From: Bacillota bacterium
Lineage (GTDB): Bacteria; Bacillota; DTU025
Direction: 5' to 3'
DNA: 64,000 nucleotides
Assembly: GCA_050951805.1 (NCBI GenBank)
Contig: JBMNJT010000002.1
Span: 1,280,001 to 1,344,000, forward strand
The translations under genes and the position numbers were made by a program. Below the pieces are notes generated by a model. It made no database searches. It was given only the letters and a program-made list of their open reading frames with translations, and had not been told where the DNA came from. Every line of letters begins with the position of its first letter. Position 1 is the stretch's first letter. Shown piece after piece: positions 1 to 10,625 of the stretch.

Positions 1-758
1 ATCTCCAGAGTCTGACGGGCGATACCAGCTGATACAGGCTCAAGTTCGGGCAGACCCTGGCGGTGGGAGGTAAGGCCCACAGGAACTACGCCCACCGACA
101 CACATGATGGCCACAGGTTCTGCAGATCCCTGATGCTCGCGGCGAGCACAGTGCCATCATTTATACCCGGAACCATCACTATCTGGCAGTGGAAATCAAT
201 CCGTGCCTCTGCCAGCCGCTTCAGCGTAGGCATGATGGGGAAGGCATGTGTCCTCCCAAGCAACCTGCACCTGGTCACATCGTCCGTGCTATGCACGGAT
301 ATGTACAGTGGAGAAAGCCGCATGTCCATTATGCGCTGAAGATCGCTCTCCCTCAAGTTAGTTAGGGTGATGAAGTTCCCCTGAAGAAAAGAGAGGCGAT
401 AATCGTCGTCCTTAAAGTATAGAGTATCCCGCATGCCCCTGGGCAATTGGTCTACAAAGCAGAAAACGCATTTGTTCGCGCAGTGCTTCTCCCCATCGAA
501 CACGAGCTCGTCGAATCGAAGCCCAAGACGGGGATCGTAATCATTGTTAAAGACTGCTGTCAGCATTGACCCGTCAGGCTTTTCGATCTCGAGCCTCGTC
601 GTGAAGGAGCTAACATGATACTCATAGTCTATTATGTCTCGGATTGGATGTCCATTTACAGACACCAATACGTCTCCGGGGCAAATGCCCGCCGCATCGG
701 CACGGCTGCCCTCATCAACTTGTGTAATTCTAGCCCGAGGCTGCATGATAGGCGTCAT
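1..758 (-). CDS. DUF512/TIGR03279-type radical SAM protein with N-terminal PDZ domain (3' end outside the window)
   Basis: Not in the ORF track. Hand translation: GGAGG-N9-ATG at 758, MTPIMQPRARITQVDEGSRADAAGICPGD..., CANKCVFCFVDQLPRGMRDTLYFKDDDYRLSFLQGNFITLTNL (CxxxCxxC). Confidence 0.9.
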   Translation of the reverse strand, partial: MTPIMQPRARITQVDEGSRADAAGICPGDVLVSVNGHPIRDIIDYEYHVSSFTTRLEIEKPDGSMLTAVFNNDYDPRLGLRFDELVFDGEKHCANKCVFCFVDQLPRGMRDTLYFKDDDYRLSFLQGNFITLTNLRESDLQRIMDMRLSPLYISVHSTDDVTRCRLLGRTHAFPIMPTLKRLAEARIDFHCQIVMVPGINDGTVLAASIRDLQNLWPSCVSVGVVPVGLTSHRQGLPELEPVSAGIARQTLE

Positions 759-781
759 AGACCCGTGCCTCCAAGAAAATC

Positions 782-813
782 AAAAGGGAGAGGAAAGTCG
801 CACTCTCCTCTCC
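782..813 (-). terminator. Intrinsic terminator after prsA
   Basis: GGAGAGGA/TCCTCTCC stem followed by a T-tract on the minus strand. Confidence 0.7.
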
Positions 814-858
814 TCGTAGGTGTTATCCGTCTGCCGCTCTTGCTAGAGCTAGCAAAGG

Positions 859-1773
859 TTATTCCTTGATGCCGAATGGGGTCGTTGTCCCAAGATCCTT
901 GTACTTGGAATCGGTTATCGTAATATCGCTATCAAGCTTCAGCTCGCTCACCAGCTGCTGAGCGGTCTTAGACTGCTGCATCTTAAGGTTTCTTTCGATA
1001 TCGTCCCTAACTTCGTCGAAAGAGGCTTCGCGAGCGGCTTTTCTATCCATGACTTTTATTATGTGATAGCCGAACTCTGTCTTGACTGGTCCGCTGACCT
1101 CGCCCGGCGAAAGAGCAAATGCAGTTTTCTCAAATTCTTCTGTCATTCGTCCGCGGGGGAACCAACCCACATCGCCCCCATTGACTGCAGTTGCAACATC
1201 GAGCGACTTTTCCTTGGCAAGCTCGGCAAAGTCTGCGCCCTCAGAAAGCTCCTGCTTGACCTCTTTGGCCTCTTCTTCAGTTGCGACTAGTATATGGCTG
1301 GCCAGAACTTGTTCTGGCTCGTCATAATCTGACTTGTTCTCTTCAAAGAAGGCCATCAGAGCATCTTCCTCTATTGTGATATCCTTCGTGGATATCTTGT
1401 ATACAAGGAGGTTCATCTCGATAATATCTTTGATTTGCTCATCGGTCCAGCCATACTGAGCGATCAGCATGTCGTAAGAAGGCCCGATCTGTTCCTTGAG
1501 TAGAGCTACTTCTTTATCTACCTCTTCAGGCGTTACTTCGACCCCTGCCTTCTTGGCGGCCTGGTGAAGCAGAGTCTCATTTATCAGTTCTGCTAGGGTA
1601 TCCTCCCCGTATTGCTCCTCAAGCCTCGCGATGAAATCGCGCCGCGATATCCTCTCGCCGTTAACTATGGCCACATGTGCCGAGTTGGTGTAAACTATCC
1701 ATATTATCCCGGCCACGACGATTGCGGCCACAATTATGGCCAACCGAACAAGACCGGCCTTGCGCTTGTCCAT
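859..1773 (-). CDS. prsA: PrsA/SurA-like parvulin peptidyl-prolyl isomerase (foldase)
   Basis: N-terminal TM anchor; ASHILV, FAELAKEKSLD, GGDVGWF, GYHIIK. Start moved to ATG 1773 on SD spacing. Confidence 0.8.
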   Translation of the reverse strand: MDKRKAGLVRLAIIVAAIVVAGIIWIVYTNSAHVAIVNGERISRRDFIARLEEQYGEDTLAELINETLLHQAAKKAGVEVTPEEVDKEVALLKEQIGPSYDMLIAQYGWTDEQIKDIIEMNLLVYKISTKDITIEEDALMAFFEENKSDYDEPEQVLASHILVATEEEAKEVKQELSEGADFAELAKEKSLDVATAVNGGDVGWFPRGRMTEEFEKTAFALSPGEVSGPVKTEFGYHIIKVMDRKAAREASFDEVRDDIERNLKMQQSKTAQQLVSELKLDSDITITDSKYKDLGTTTPFGIKE

Positions 1774-1942
1774 GCTTGCCAACCCCCTTCTCTCAACTAC
1801 GATCCTGCTTACGTCCTGCTACTGGCTTAAACGAACTATGCCAGGCACGAGTTCCACATAAAAATGCTACGGCTAGTCTAGCATAGTGACGCAGGACTGT
1901 CAACGAAACGCCAGCATACAGGCTGATATGATGGCAGCAATC

Positions 1943-4345
1943 CTACCTGTCGTCTCCGTCAGTCGAACCCTTAAGCTTGCTGGGATCGTAGTTGATTCGG
2001 TCGGCGATGGTGACGACATCGCTCTCTTTACTTTCCTTCATGTACCTGCGGTATTCATTGCGCTCCCTATCTTCCATCGCTTGCCGTATTGACAGGCTGA
2101 TGCGATGCTCCTGCTCCCTGAGGCCTATGACCTTGACTGTCACAGTTTCGCCAACTGACACGACCTCATCTGGCCTTCCAACGCGTCTGTCGGCGAGCTG
2201 CGAGATGTGAACGAGTCCCTCAATCCCGTCTTCAAGCCGGACGAAGGCGCCAAAATCGACGATCTTCGTCACGGTTCCAGAGACTACAGAACCCACAGGG
2301 AACCGCTGGCCAATGTTTTCCCACGGGTCAGGAAGGAGCTGCTTGTATCCGAGGGATATCCGTTCGCGCTCGCGATCTACATTGAGCACCAGGACCTTGA
2401 TGGACTGTCCCTCAGCGAGCACTTCGCCAGGATGCTTTATCCTGGACCAAGAGATATCGGAGATGTGAAGCAGGCCTTCAACTCCGTCTCCAATATCCAC
2501 AAATGCTCCGAACGACACGAGTCGGGTTACTGTTCCATCAAGCACCTGACCCCGCTCGAGCGTTTGGAACGCGCGCTCCTTAGCAAGTCTTTCTTCCTCC
2601 TCAAGCACTGCACGGTGAGAAAGCACCACATTGGAACGGAGCCTTTCAACTTCGCGGACCTTCAGCCTCAACGTCTGTCCAACATAGACATTCAAATCCT
2701 CTACGAACCTGCGCCCTACCTGCGACGCGGGAACGAAACCTCGGACTCCGATGTCGACAACTAGCCCGCCCTTAACAGCTTCTGTAACCTTGCCTTCAAT
2801 AATCTCCCCGGTATCCATGGCGTTCTCAAGCGTTTGCCACTTGAGGAGGGTGTCGGCTCGCGTCTTCGAGGCATACATCATGTCGGAACTCGGACGTTGA
2901 GAATCGTCGAGCACCACGTAGATTTCGTCATCCACAGAGACCACCTCAGATGGATGAGAGATCTGCTCAATGCTCAAATGCTTTTTGAAGATGACCGCAT
3001 CTTTGCCCGGTTCGACTTCTACGACCACTCTGTCGTCATAGACCTCTTTTACTCGGACCGGGATAACGTCAGGATCTGACGGGAGCTCGTGAGCAGGAGG
3101 CGTAAATCTCTCTGTGGCAGGCTTCTCCTCTTCAGCTTCAACCTGTTCGGCATCTCCAGCTTCCTCCTGGTCTGAATCGGCATCAACCGCCTCTGCCCCG
3201 CCAGTGTCCGGCGGAGCTGATCCTTCCGCGGCTTCTTCTCCGCCGTCGTCAGAGGATTCGTCCGTCCCGGCCTCTGAAGGGCTAGTCTCGGTCTTCTCGC
3301 ATTCCTCAGTTGCGCTGGTGTTTTCTGACGGTTGGACCGCGACTCGCTCCGCGCTCTCCTCGGGCACAGTCTCTCCTTGCTCGACTGCGGTCTCTTCGCG
3401 CTCCTTTGCTAGCTCAGTCGAGCTAGCCTCGCAAGTCTGTTCGTCTTGGCACTCAAGACATTTGGCTTCTTCCGAGTTCCCCTCGATAATTTCGTGCATA
3501 GCGTCCTTGACCTCCTCAATTACCCAACTAGGCGTGGATGCTCCGGCCGTCACGCCTATTGTGCGGGCGCTCAGTATCGCTTCGCGATCGAGCCCGCACG
3601 CGTTTTCCACCTTAAGCACCCGAGCGCCGGATTCGCGGCATACTTCCGCGAGACGCATGGTATTGGCACTCGCTGCACCCCCGATCACAACCATTAGGTC
3701 GACTTCTCCGGCAAGAGTCCTGGCGGCTTCCTGCCTTTCTGAAGTGGCCGGACATATGGTATTCACGGCATCGACTACCGCTCCCCGGTTGCGAAGAACG
3801 GAGACAACTGCCTCGAACAGGGATTGTTTGTGCGTGGTCTGTCCTATCACCGTGATAGGGCGCGCCGGCAGCGCCAGGGATTCGGCTTCGTTTGGATCTG
3901 AAACGACCACCACATCGCCGGCTGCGAATGCGGCGACTCCACGAATCTCCGGATGGTGCTTATCTCCGACGATTACCACGTACCGGCCTTCACTATGTGC
4001 CCTGGCCACTTCCCGCTGGGATCGAAGCACATGCGGACATGTGGCGTCCACGAGCGTTAACCCTCTCTCCCGGGCAGCCTGAATAGTCTCGGGAGGGAGG
4101 CCATGCGACGGAATTATGAGCACACGACCTGAGGCAGACTCGATGGAGTCAACTTGTTCGACGCCACATTTAAGGAGACTCGACACCACATCGGGGTTAT
4201 GGACCAAAGGCCCCAGGGTTACCGCGCCGCCTGAGCCGGAGCGCAGTGCTTCTTGCCCTGCCTCGCACGCGATGCGGACAGCTCGTTCAACCCCGCGGCA
4301 AAATCCGGCGTGTTTCGCCTCTCTTATGATGGGCGCACAAGTCAC
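1943..4345 (-). CDS. ispH: Bifunctional IspH (LytB) / ribosomal protein S1 fusion
   Basis: [34 protein letters not shown], then an acidic linker and S1 repeats ([22 protein letters not shown]). Confidence 0.93.
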   Translation of the reverse strand: MTCAPIIREAKHAGFCRGVERAVRIACEAGQEALRSGSGGAVTLGPLVHNPDVVSSLLKCGVEQVDSIESASGRVLIIPSHGLPPETIQAARERGLTLVDATCPHVLRSQREVARAHSEGRYVVIVGDKHHPEIRGVAAFAAGDVVVVSDPNEAESLALPARPITVIGQTTHKQSLFEAVVSVLRNRGAVVDAVNTICPATSERQEAARTLAGEVDLMVVIGGAASANTMRLAEVCRESGARVLKVENACGLDREAILSARTIGVTAGASTPSWVIEEVKDAMHEIIEGNSEEAKCLECQDEQTCEASSTELAKEREETAVEQGETVPEESAERVAVQPSENTSATEECEKTETSPSEAGTDESSDDGGEEAAEGSAPPDTGGAEAVDADSDQEEAGDAEQVEAEEEKPATERFTPPAHELPSDPDVIPVRVKEVYDDRVVVEVEPGKDAVIFKKHLSIEQISHPSEVVSVDDEIYVVLDDSQRPSSDMMYASKTRADTLLKWQTLENAMDTGEIIEGKVTEAVKGGLVVDIGVRGFVPASQVGRRFVEDLNVYVGQTLRLKVREVERLRSNVVLSHRAVLEEEERLAKERAFQTLERGQVLDGTVTRLVSFGAFVDIGDGVEGLLHISDISWSRIKHPGEVLAEGQSIKVLVLNVDRERERISLGYKQLLPDPWENIGQRFPVGSVVSGTVTKIVDFGAFVRLEDGIEGLVHISQLADRRVGRPDEVVSVGETVTVKVIGLREQEHRISLSIRQAMEDRERNEYRRYMKESKESDVVTIADRINYDPSKLKGSTDGDDR

Positions 4346-4989
4346 TTTTTTATCGCCTGCTCCCAGTCTGCTAGGAATCGCTCTATCCCTGCATCCGTAA
4401 GGGGGTGCTTCGCCATCTGCATCAATACCTTGTAAGGGACAGTAGCGATATCAGATCCGACCAACGCAGCTTCTATGACATGCATTGGATGGCGGATGCT
4501 GGCGGCTATGATCTCGGTTGCAATGCCGTGAATATCGAAAATAGAAGCCGTTTCCGCGACCACATTCATCCCATCGGAGCTAATGTCGTCGAGACGTCCC
4601 ACAAACGGGCTCACGTATGTGGCGCCAGCTCTGGCAGCCAACAATGCTTGGCTCGATGAGAATATGAGTGTAACGTTGGTGTTGATTCCCCTGGCAGCAA
4701 GAACCTTTACGGCTTTGAGCCCCTCAGATGTCATCGGTATCTTGATCACTATATTGGGGGACCAGGTCGAGATCTCGGCTGCTTCGCGGATCATACCATC
4801 CGCGTCCTGGCTGATCACTTCGGCGCTCACTGGCCCGTCTACGATCCTACAGATTTCAGAGACAACTTCCTTGAAGTCGCGGCCTTCTTTTGCAACAAGC
4901 GACGGGTTGGTGGTTACACCGCATACAACACCCATTTCGGCAACTTCGCGTATCTCGTCAATATTTGCGCTGTCGATAAAAAGCTTCAC
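4342..4989 (-). CDS. tal: Transaldolase (short Tal/Fsa family)
   Basis: [13 protein letters not shown] (Schiff-base Lys). SAEV Glu and SPFVGR Phe are the transaldolase-type residues. Confidence 0.9.
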   Translation of the reverse strand: MKLFIDSANIDEIREVAEMGVVCGVTTNPSLVAKEGRDFKEVVSEICRIVDGPVSAEVISQDADGMIREAAEISTWSPNIVIKIPMTSEGLKAVKVLAARGINTNVTLIFSSSQALLAARAGATYVSPFVGRLDDISSDGMNVVAETASIFDIHGIATEIIAASIRHPMHVIEAALVGSDIATVPYKVLMQMAKHPLTDAGIERFLADWEQAIKK

Positions 4990-5009
4990 CTTCGCACACT
5001 CCCATATTC

Positions 5010-5621
5010 TCACGCAATCATAATCAGTTCACCGATGCGTTTCATTATTTCTTCGGCGAGCGCGTCCGTCTCTTCCCTGACAGTTGCTCCCGCTCGATCG
5101 ACTTTTGGCCATATGAGCTCACCAAAGACCACCCTGACCATGGGTTCTTTGAACCTCTTCAACCCTTTGCGATGCCCCGCAAAGGTTCCAACAACCGCTG
5201 CAGGAAGCACGGGTGTCCCTGTCTGTATGGCAAAACGCGCAGCTCCAGGATACGCCTTCTGCAGTTCCCCGGTTTCGCTGCGCGTGCCTTCAGGAAACAT
5301 GCCTAGAGCTCCTCCAGCCTTAAGTATATCCATTGATTGGCGATATGCTTCACGGTCAACCCTACCGCGCCTCACAGGAAAAGCATAAAGCCACCTCAAA
5401 ACGGCAGCCGAGATGGGATTCTCAAAAAGCTCGGCCTTTGCCATGAAGCGTATCCGGCGGTCGCAAGCACAGCCCAGAGCTATCGGGTCCAGGATGCTTG
5501 CGTGGTTCGCTACTATGATTACCGGACCAGTTGCGGGCACGTTTTCTTTTCCCGTCACCTTAAATCCGAAGGCAATGGATAAGTATAGTGTCATCACGAA
5601 TTTTGCGAAAGAGTAAAACAA
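5010..5621 (-). CDS. plsC: 1-acyl-sn-glycerol-3-phosphate acyltransferase
   Basis: NHASILD, FPEGTRS; follows cmk. Confidence 0.92.
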   Translation of the reverse strand: MFYSFAKFVMTLYLSIAFGFKVTGKENVPATGPVIIVANHASILDPIALGCACDRRIRFMAKAELFENPISAAVLRWLYAFPVRRGRVDREAYRQSMDILKAGGALGMFPEGTRSETGELQKAYPGAARFAIQTGTPVLPAAVVGTFAGHRKGLKRFKEPMVRVVFGELIWPKVDRAGATVREETDALAEEIMKRIGELIMIA

Positions 5622-6295
5622 GAAGCAGGCCTCCTAAGAGCAGCTAACATCGTGTCGACCACCTCATCCGGAGACAGTGTAGTGCAGTCGATGACAACTG
5701 CGTCAGGCGCCGGTCTGAGCGGAGAGATCTGTCTTGTACTATCAATGGTGTCGCGCTTCTCGATCTCCTCGACTAGATCCGCTAGGTCAACATGGCGTCC
5801 CTGTCTGGCGTAGTCAAGCTGTCGCCGTCGAGCCCGCTCCTCAGCTGATGCCGTCAGGTAAAACTTATGCGCCGATTCTGCAAGCACAACTGTACCTATG
5901 TCACGACCGTCCATTACTACGTCCGCGTCGTATGCGATTGCTCTTTGGGCTTCAACCATGTGCTTCCTAACCTGTGAGTACACTGACACCGGTGAGACAA
6001 CTGAGTCAACTTCTGCGCTGCGTATCTCTTCGGTGACGTCCTCATTGTTGAGAATAGTCCGCTGTCCGCCGCACTCGCTGCGCTCAACCCTTATGCAAAC
6101 AGATTTTGCGACATCCACAACCGCCGCCTCATCGTAGGGATCTAGCCCTCGACGAATGACTTCCAGGGCCAAAGCGCGGTAGAGGTCACCAGTGCTCACA
6201 TACCTATATCCAAGTGCATGGGCGAGCATCCGCGCAACCGTGCTTTTCCCGGCTCCAGCCGGGCCGTCTATGGCGATTGAATGTTCCAGCGACAT
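5594..6295 (-). CDS. cmk: Cytidylate kinase
   Basis: IAIDGPAGAGKSTVA, MDGRDIGTVV. Confidence 0.96.
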   Translation of the reverse strand: MSLEHSIAIDGPAGAGKSTVARMLAHALGYRYVSTGDLYRALALEVIRRGLDPYDEAAVVDVAKSVCIRVERSECGGQRTILNNEDVTEEIRSAEVDSVVSPVSVYSQVRKHMVEAQRAIAYDADVVMDGRDIGTVVLAESAHKFYLTASAEERARRRQLDYARQGRHVDLADLVEEIEKRDTIDSTRQISPLRPAPDAVVIDCTTLSPDEVVDTMLAALRRPASCFTLSQNS

Positions 6296-6393
6296 ACATC
6301 AACGCTCTCCAATCAGTGTACAATTTAAATTTATTCTACGCTAGTACGCTTATTCCTCTGCGACAACGAAAAATCCTTCTGCGTTCGTATAAT

Positions 6394-6954
6394 CTATATT
6401 ATTATAACATTACATATTTGAGTGCGTCCGGGACCAATAGAGCACTTATCTCCCTTCTGTGGCTTTGTCACGTTTGGAGTAACATCTTCCACCTCTATTT
6501 CTAGTTGTTCCACGTGCGCCCCGCCAGCCGTCGAGTCGATCCGATCTTCATCGGCATTGTTTACCTCCACCTCCAGCAAGTCTCCCCTGTGAATTACTAC
6601 TGCCGCGCTTCCATACTTGAAATCTGCAACGGGTTTTCCGTTTACCAAGACTGTGAGGGTGGGCTCTGCGCATTCCAGACCGTTGTCTAGAGCGGATAGC
6701 TTTAAGAGTATTCCGCCGGCCTCAACGGCAGCACCAGCCCGCACGTCGGGTTTGCCGCTATCGCCGGACTTTCCAGGCGAAGGTGTCCATGACCATGAGG
6801 GATGCCCTTCGATGCGCTCTATCATCAGCACACTCCTTGGAATTACTCCACAAGAAAGCAGGACTTGCACTAAAATGCAGGCTGAAAGGGCAAGGCCTGT
6901 AAGGGCGGAGAATACAATGGTCGCTACATCCCAATTTTGCAAAGGTCTAGCCAC
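6394..6954 (-). CDS. Hypothetical membrane-anchored protein
   Basis: 186 aa with one N-terminal hydrophobic helix; overlaps the upstream stop, SD AAGGA. Confidence 0.6.
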   Translation of the reverse strand: MARPLQNWDVATIVFSALTGLALSACILVQVLLSCGVIPRSVLMIERIEGHPSWSWTPSPGKSGDSGKPDVRAGAAVEAGGILLKLSALDNGLECAEPTLTVLVNGKPVADFKYGSAAVVIHRGDLLEVEVNNADEDRIDSTAGGAHVEQLEIEVEDVTPNVTKPQKGDKCSIGPGRTQICNVIII

Positions 6955-8209
6955 TCCTTCTTGACATTGCGGCGCTCATTCCTGCCAGACGTCCTGTGGA
7001 GAACGCGGCTTGGAGATTGTAGCCTCCGGTAGGGGCGTCAATATCGAGAACCTCCCCACAAAAGTACAGTCCCGGCAATAGTTTCGACTCCAGCGTGCGT
7101 GGGTCCACTTCCCGGAGCGCTATTCCTCCCGAGGTAACTATGGCTTCCTCAATAGGGCGGGTTTTCAGCACGGTTAAAGGCATTCGTTTTAGCGTCTCGA
7201 CCAATGCCGATCTTTGGGCAGTTGTAATCTGGTTTGCAGGGATAGTCTCGTCTACCTGTGCAAGGCTTATTACAACCGGAATAATCGAGTGTGGAAGAAG
7301 CATCCCCAAGGAGTTTTTGAGCTGTTTTTTGGATGCGGCCACGAGATCTCGCTGTATTCGGCGATGGAGGGTGGCCTCATCTAAGGCGGGTTTTAGATCT
7401 ATGGAGAGCGTGAAACGGCCACTCTCGATCGCTTCCGACTCCCTGAGAGATCTGCATACTGCGCGACTCAAGCTGAGGACGATTGGTCCGCTCACACCGA
7501 AGTGGGTAAAGAGCATTTCCCCAAACTCCCTACCTATCCTGCGTCCTCTATCGTAAAGGCTTAGCTCTACGTTGCGCAGACTGAGGCCTGCGACTGATCC
7601 TGGCCAATCTTCTACTGTTTCCATGGGAACGAGTGCAGGCAAAGGCTGCACGATAGTGTGCCCTGCCTCGGCGGCAATGCGGTAGCCATCCCCTGTGCTT
7701 CCGGTGCCCGGATACGAGATTCCGCCTGTTGCGATTATCACGGCGTCTGCCCAAGAATTGTTCCCGCCGGAGTCGATTACCCCCTTGACTTTGCCGTCGG
7801 CGACTGCGAGCCCGGTTATTTGCCTGCCAAAAGCGAAACGAGCCCCTTGATTCGTAGCATGGCGGTACAGCGCGTTTTGCACGTCAGCTGCACTGTCGCT
7901 CATGGGAAAGACCCTCTTGCCCCGTTCCACCTTGCACTCCACGCCAAGGCTTAACAGCAACGCTTGCAGTTCCTCGGGCCCAAAGTCGGACATGGCCGAA
8001 TAGAGGAATCGCCCGCCCGGGCCGAAAGCCTCGACTATGTCCACGACCGGCGAATCGTTTGTAATGTTGCATCTGCCTTTACCCGATATCAAAAGCTTCT
8101 TTCCAGGAATCCTGTTTCGTTCATATACAATGACATCGGCGCCGGCTCCGGCCGCGGCGGCTGCCGCCATGAGACCGGATGCTCCGGCGCCGATAATTGC
8201 TACATCCAA
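6947..8209 (-). CDS. HI0933/BaiN-family FAD-dependent oxidoreductase
   Basis: GAGASG, GKKLLISGKGRCNITN, LFTHFGVSGP, TGGYNLQAAFSTG. Confidence 0.93.
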   Translation of the reverse strand: MDVAIIGAGASGLMAAAAAAGAGADVIVYERNRIPGKKLLISGKGRCNITNDSPVVDIVEAFGPGGRFLYSAMSDFGPEELQALLLSLGVECKVERGKRVFPMSDSAADVQNALYRHATNQGARFAFGRQITGLAVADGKVKGVIDSGGNNSWADAVIIATGGISYPGTGSTGDGYRIAAEAGHTIVQPLPALVPMETVEDWPGSVAGLSLRNVELSLYDRGRRIGREFGEMLFTHFGVSGPIVLSLSRAVCRSLRESEAIESGRFTLSIDLKPALDEATLHRRIQRDLVAASKKQLKNSLGMLLPHSIIPVVISLAQVDETIPANQITTAQRSALVETLKRMPLTVLKTRPIEEAIVTSGGIALREVDPRTLESKLLPGLYFCGEVLDIDAPTGGYNLQAAFSTGRLAGMSAAMSRRSG

Positions 8210-8231
8210 CTTGCTTCCTCCACTTCTGCCG

Positions 8232-9536
8232 TTAATCCGATTTCATTTTATCTTTCCCCAATGGGGGCAATTCCCGCCATGAACCGGGGACGGATCTAGG
8301 CGGCCCATCCACCTCGCCAAGGTTGATGCTTTTCAGCTTGTCAGCGTAAACGCCTGTGGGAAAGGCTAACCTTCCAGATCCGTTATACGTAATTGAGCTT
8401 CCCACGATCGCTCCGCTGAATTCCCCTTCTCCGTTAAACACGACATCCGCTCTAGGCGCATATATCACAGCCGCCATGTTCGGGAACCCATTCATAGTAA
8501 CGTTAGGGGGAAAGCTACGCGGGTTCTTTGGCCCAGTGCAGTAGATAACGAACTTTGTAGGATCTAAAGGAGGTGCACCTCCCCTGCTGCCGTTCCAGGT
8601 GAAATTGCCGTCCACATATAGCTTTAGCGCATGGTCCCCGATGATCTTCAGATTGACGGATCCGTTAATAATGAAATCCTCTTTTGTGTGGATTATGACG
8701 TCAGATTGGGACGCATCCACTGTCATCTCACAACTTCCATTGACTATGAACTCGTCGTACTCTCCGCTCTTGGTTATCACAATCGGTTGCCAACCATTGG
8801 CTCGAAACCTGCCACGGTATTCCAACCCTGCAGGGCAGACGGGCACGGGATACCTGTAGGTATTCGGATCAACCTCCACTGAGCGAAAATATGTCCCCAC
8901 CTTACTCCGTATTCCCTTGATGTCGGCATCGGGCCTCACGTAAAGAGTCCCGTTGGCCGGCGTAGACAGGTTCGCCACCACGGACCAGGCATCCTTTCCC
9001 TCTGTGTGCAGGTCGCCATCGAGACTGCCAGAGCCGTTTAGGATTATGCTGAATAGCTGTGTGGAAGTGGCAGACATCAAGAATGGAAGCCCAGTGGTGG
9101 ATGATGAAAATGCTTGCTGAATCACCCTGGTCCTTCCACCGCACCTGCCTTCTGAGACTACGGTAAAACGGCCATCTACAGGCGGAGAAACCCATACCCT
9201 ATACGACACGTTGTCACCGAGCAGAAGTTCTTTCGGAATTGGACCGGTTCCGGGCCCAATCCAGTTTGCTGCTGTGCTGTCGATGCTCGGAACAGATGAA
9301 GGGTATGCTGAGGTTGGCATCGGATCGTTGGAGACGAGCCTTACACTCGCCACCGCGATCCCCGACTCAGCCGCGGCCAACGCCTGCTGTCGTTCCTCTT
9401 CGAACTTGCCTGTCTTGAAAGACATAGCAGCAAGCTGAAGCAGACTGACAACGGCTATGGTGAAAACGACCACAACCACGAGCGTATATACCAGGCTACT
9501 TCCTTTTTCGTCGGTTGACGCGCTTAAGGCCATCAT
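8232..9536 (-). CDS. PilX/GspK-like minor pilin with C-terminal beta-rich NG-repeat domain
   Basis: EKG|SSLVYTL hydrophobic N-terminus without Glu5; ALAAAESGI; repeated (V/I)NGS motifs; IYAPRA. Confidence 0.75.
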   Translation of the reverse strand: MMALSASTDEKGSSLVYTLVVVVVFTIAVVSLLQLAAMSFKTGKFEEERQQALAAAESGIAVASVRLVSNDPMPTSAYPSSVPSIDSTAANWIGPGTGPIPKELLLGDNVSYRVWVSPPVDGRFTVVSEGRCGGRTRVIQQAFSSSTTGLPFLMSATSTQLFSIILNGSGSLDGDLHTEGKDAWSVVANLSTPANGTLYVRPDADIKGIRSKVGTYFRSVEVDPNTYRYPVPVCPAGLEYRGRFRANGWQPIVITKSGEYDEFIVNGSCEMTVDASQSDVIIHTKEDFIINGSVNLKIIGDHALKLYVDGNFTWNGSRGGAPPLDPTKFVIYCTGPKNPRSFPPNVTMNGFPNMAAVIYAPRADVVFNGEGEFSGAIVGSSITYNGSGRLAFPTGVYADKLKSINLGEVDGPPRSVPGSWRELPPLGKDKMKSD

Positions 9537-9608
9537 AGCTCACCCCCGCATCCCTGTGCCGGATAGCCTTATCCTGACTGAAGATTCAGGCATTGTCAGC
9601 GACTTTGC

Positions 9609-10172
9609 TCAACGCGAGTGATTCCTTAGTCGCACTGACGTTATGTGCTCTACTTCATGTCCTCCCGGATCTGTGAATCTCAGCCTCAAAGTGCACATGC
9701 CCCTGGCATCAGGGCCCGAAACTTCAATTGAGTTTGCGGATCCCATTTGCTCAGGGGGTTCAGTCCCTCTTGATCTATAGAGCACAGCATCGACTGCCCA
9801 ATAATGTTCCTGATACGATGCGTCCGAACCGTGGAAATGAAAGGTATAGCGCGTATAGCCGAGTCTATTATCGGAAGTGACGTCTGCAGCCTCTCGCAAG
9901 CCCCTGTACCGAGTGCTCGTGCCATCTATGATCTGATCTGACATCAAAGACAGCTCCTGCGAATAGCGTACATCCCTATCGACAAGTGTCTTCGTTGAAG
10001 CGCCAATCCGAATGAAGGACAAAGCTCCGACGAGCACAAATCCCATGATGCTAACCGCTATCATGAGCTCGATAAGTGTGATCCCAGCCTCTGCCCGTAG
10101 CCTAAAGCCTCGCCTATTGGCCGATGTCGGGCATCCTGATAAGCATTTCGTTGGACGCGATGCAATTCCCAT
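9609..10172 (-). CDS. Prepilin-type N-terminal cleavage/methylation protein (PilW-like)
   Basis: EAG|ITLIELMIAV class III signal. Confidence 0.8.
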   Translation of the reverse strand: MGIASRPTKCLSGCPTSANRRGFRLRAEAGITLIELMIAVSIMGFVLVGALSFIRIGASTKTLVDRDVRYSQELSLMSDQIIDGTSTRYRGLREAADVTSDNRLGYTRYTFHFHGSDASYQEHYWAVDAVLYRSRGTEPPEQMGSANSIEVSGPDARGMCTLRLRFTDPGGHEVEHITSVRLRNHSR

Positions 10173-10506
10173 CCCGTATCACCCTCACCTCGAGGCGATA
10201 AACCCCATGAGCTGTGCCATGTACCGAGTATCTGGCTTCATACGACGGATCAAAGTCGAATGCCTCCAAAGGATAACTTTGCTCCCTTTTGTCCGCCACA
10301 TCTTTTAAGGTTGCCGGAGTCGTTGACAGGTCCTCGGTAACGGACTTGAGTATGGCTACTCCTTCAGCCTTTAATTTCCCTTTCCGGCTAAGACTGAGCG
10401 AGCCTTGCACCCCTGCAAATACCATGAGGGCGACAAGGGATAGAAGGACTATTGCTGTCATAGTCTCGACAAGAGTGAATCCGCTACGGGAAGAAAAACG
10501 CTCCAT
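10114..10506 (-). CDS. Prepilin-type N-terminal cleavage/methylation protein (PilV-like)
   Basis: GGAGGAGG-N9-ATG; RSG|FTLVETMTAI class III signal. Confidence 0.85.
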   Translation of the reverse strand: MERFSSRSGFTLVETMTAIVLLSLVALMVFAGVQGSLSLSRKGKLKAEGVAILKSVTEDLSTTPATLKDVADKREQSYPLEAFDFDPSYEARYSVHGTAHGVYRLEVRVIRDGNCIASNEMLIRMPDIGQ

Positions 10507-10553
10507 GGTCAGTATCCTCCTCCATAAGGAGCAACAGACCGCGCTCAACTAAA

Positions 10554-10602
10554 TGCAATATTGAACATTAAGCGACCAAATCCTTCTCATTGCAATACTG
10601 AA
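10554..10602. promoter_or_regulatory. Pair of near-palindromic 12-bp repeats (candidate operators) upstream of the pilin genes
   Basis: TGCAATATTGAA at 10554-10565 and TGCAATACTGAA at 10591-10602, in an AT-rich gap. Confidence 0.45.
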
Positions 10603-10625
10603 TAATGCAGAAAAGCCTGTGAGTA

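Noticed and set aside
3114-4082. 322-aa Ser/Ala/Pro-rich + strand ORF
   Set aside because: Antisense shadow of ispH and its acidic linker, with no motif. The same applies to the other + strand ORFs opposite recognised genes.
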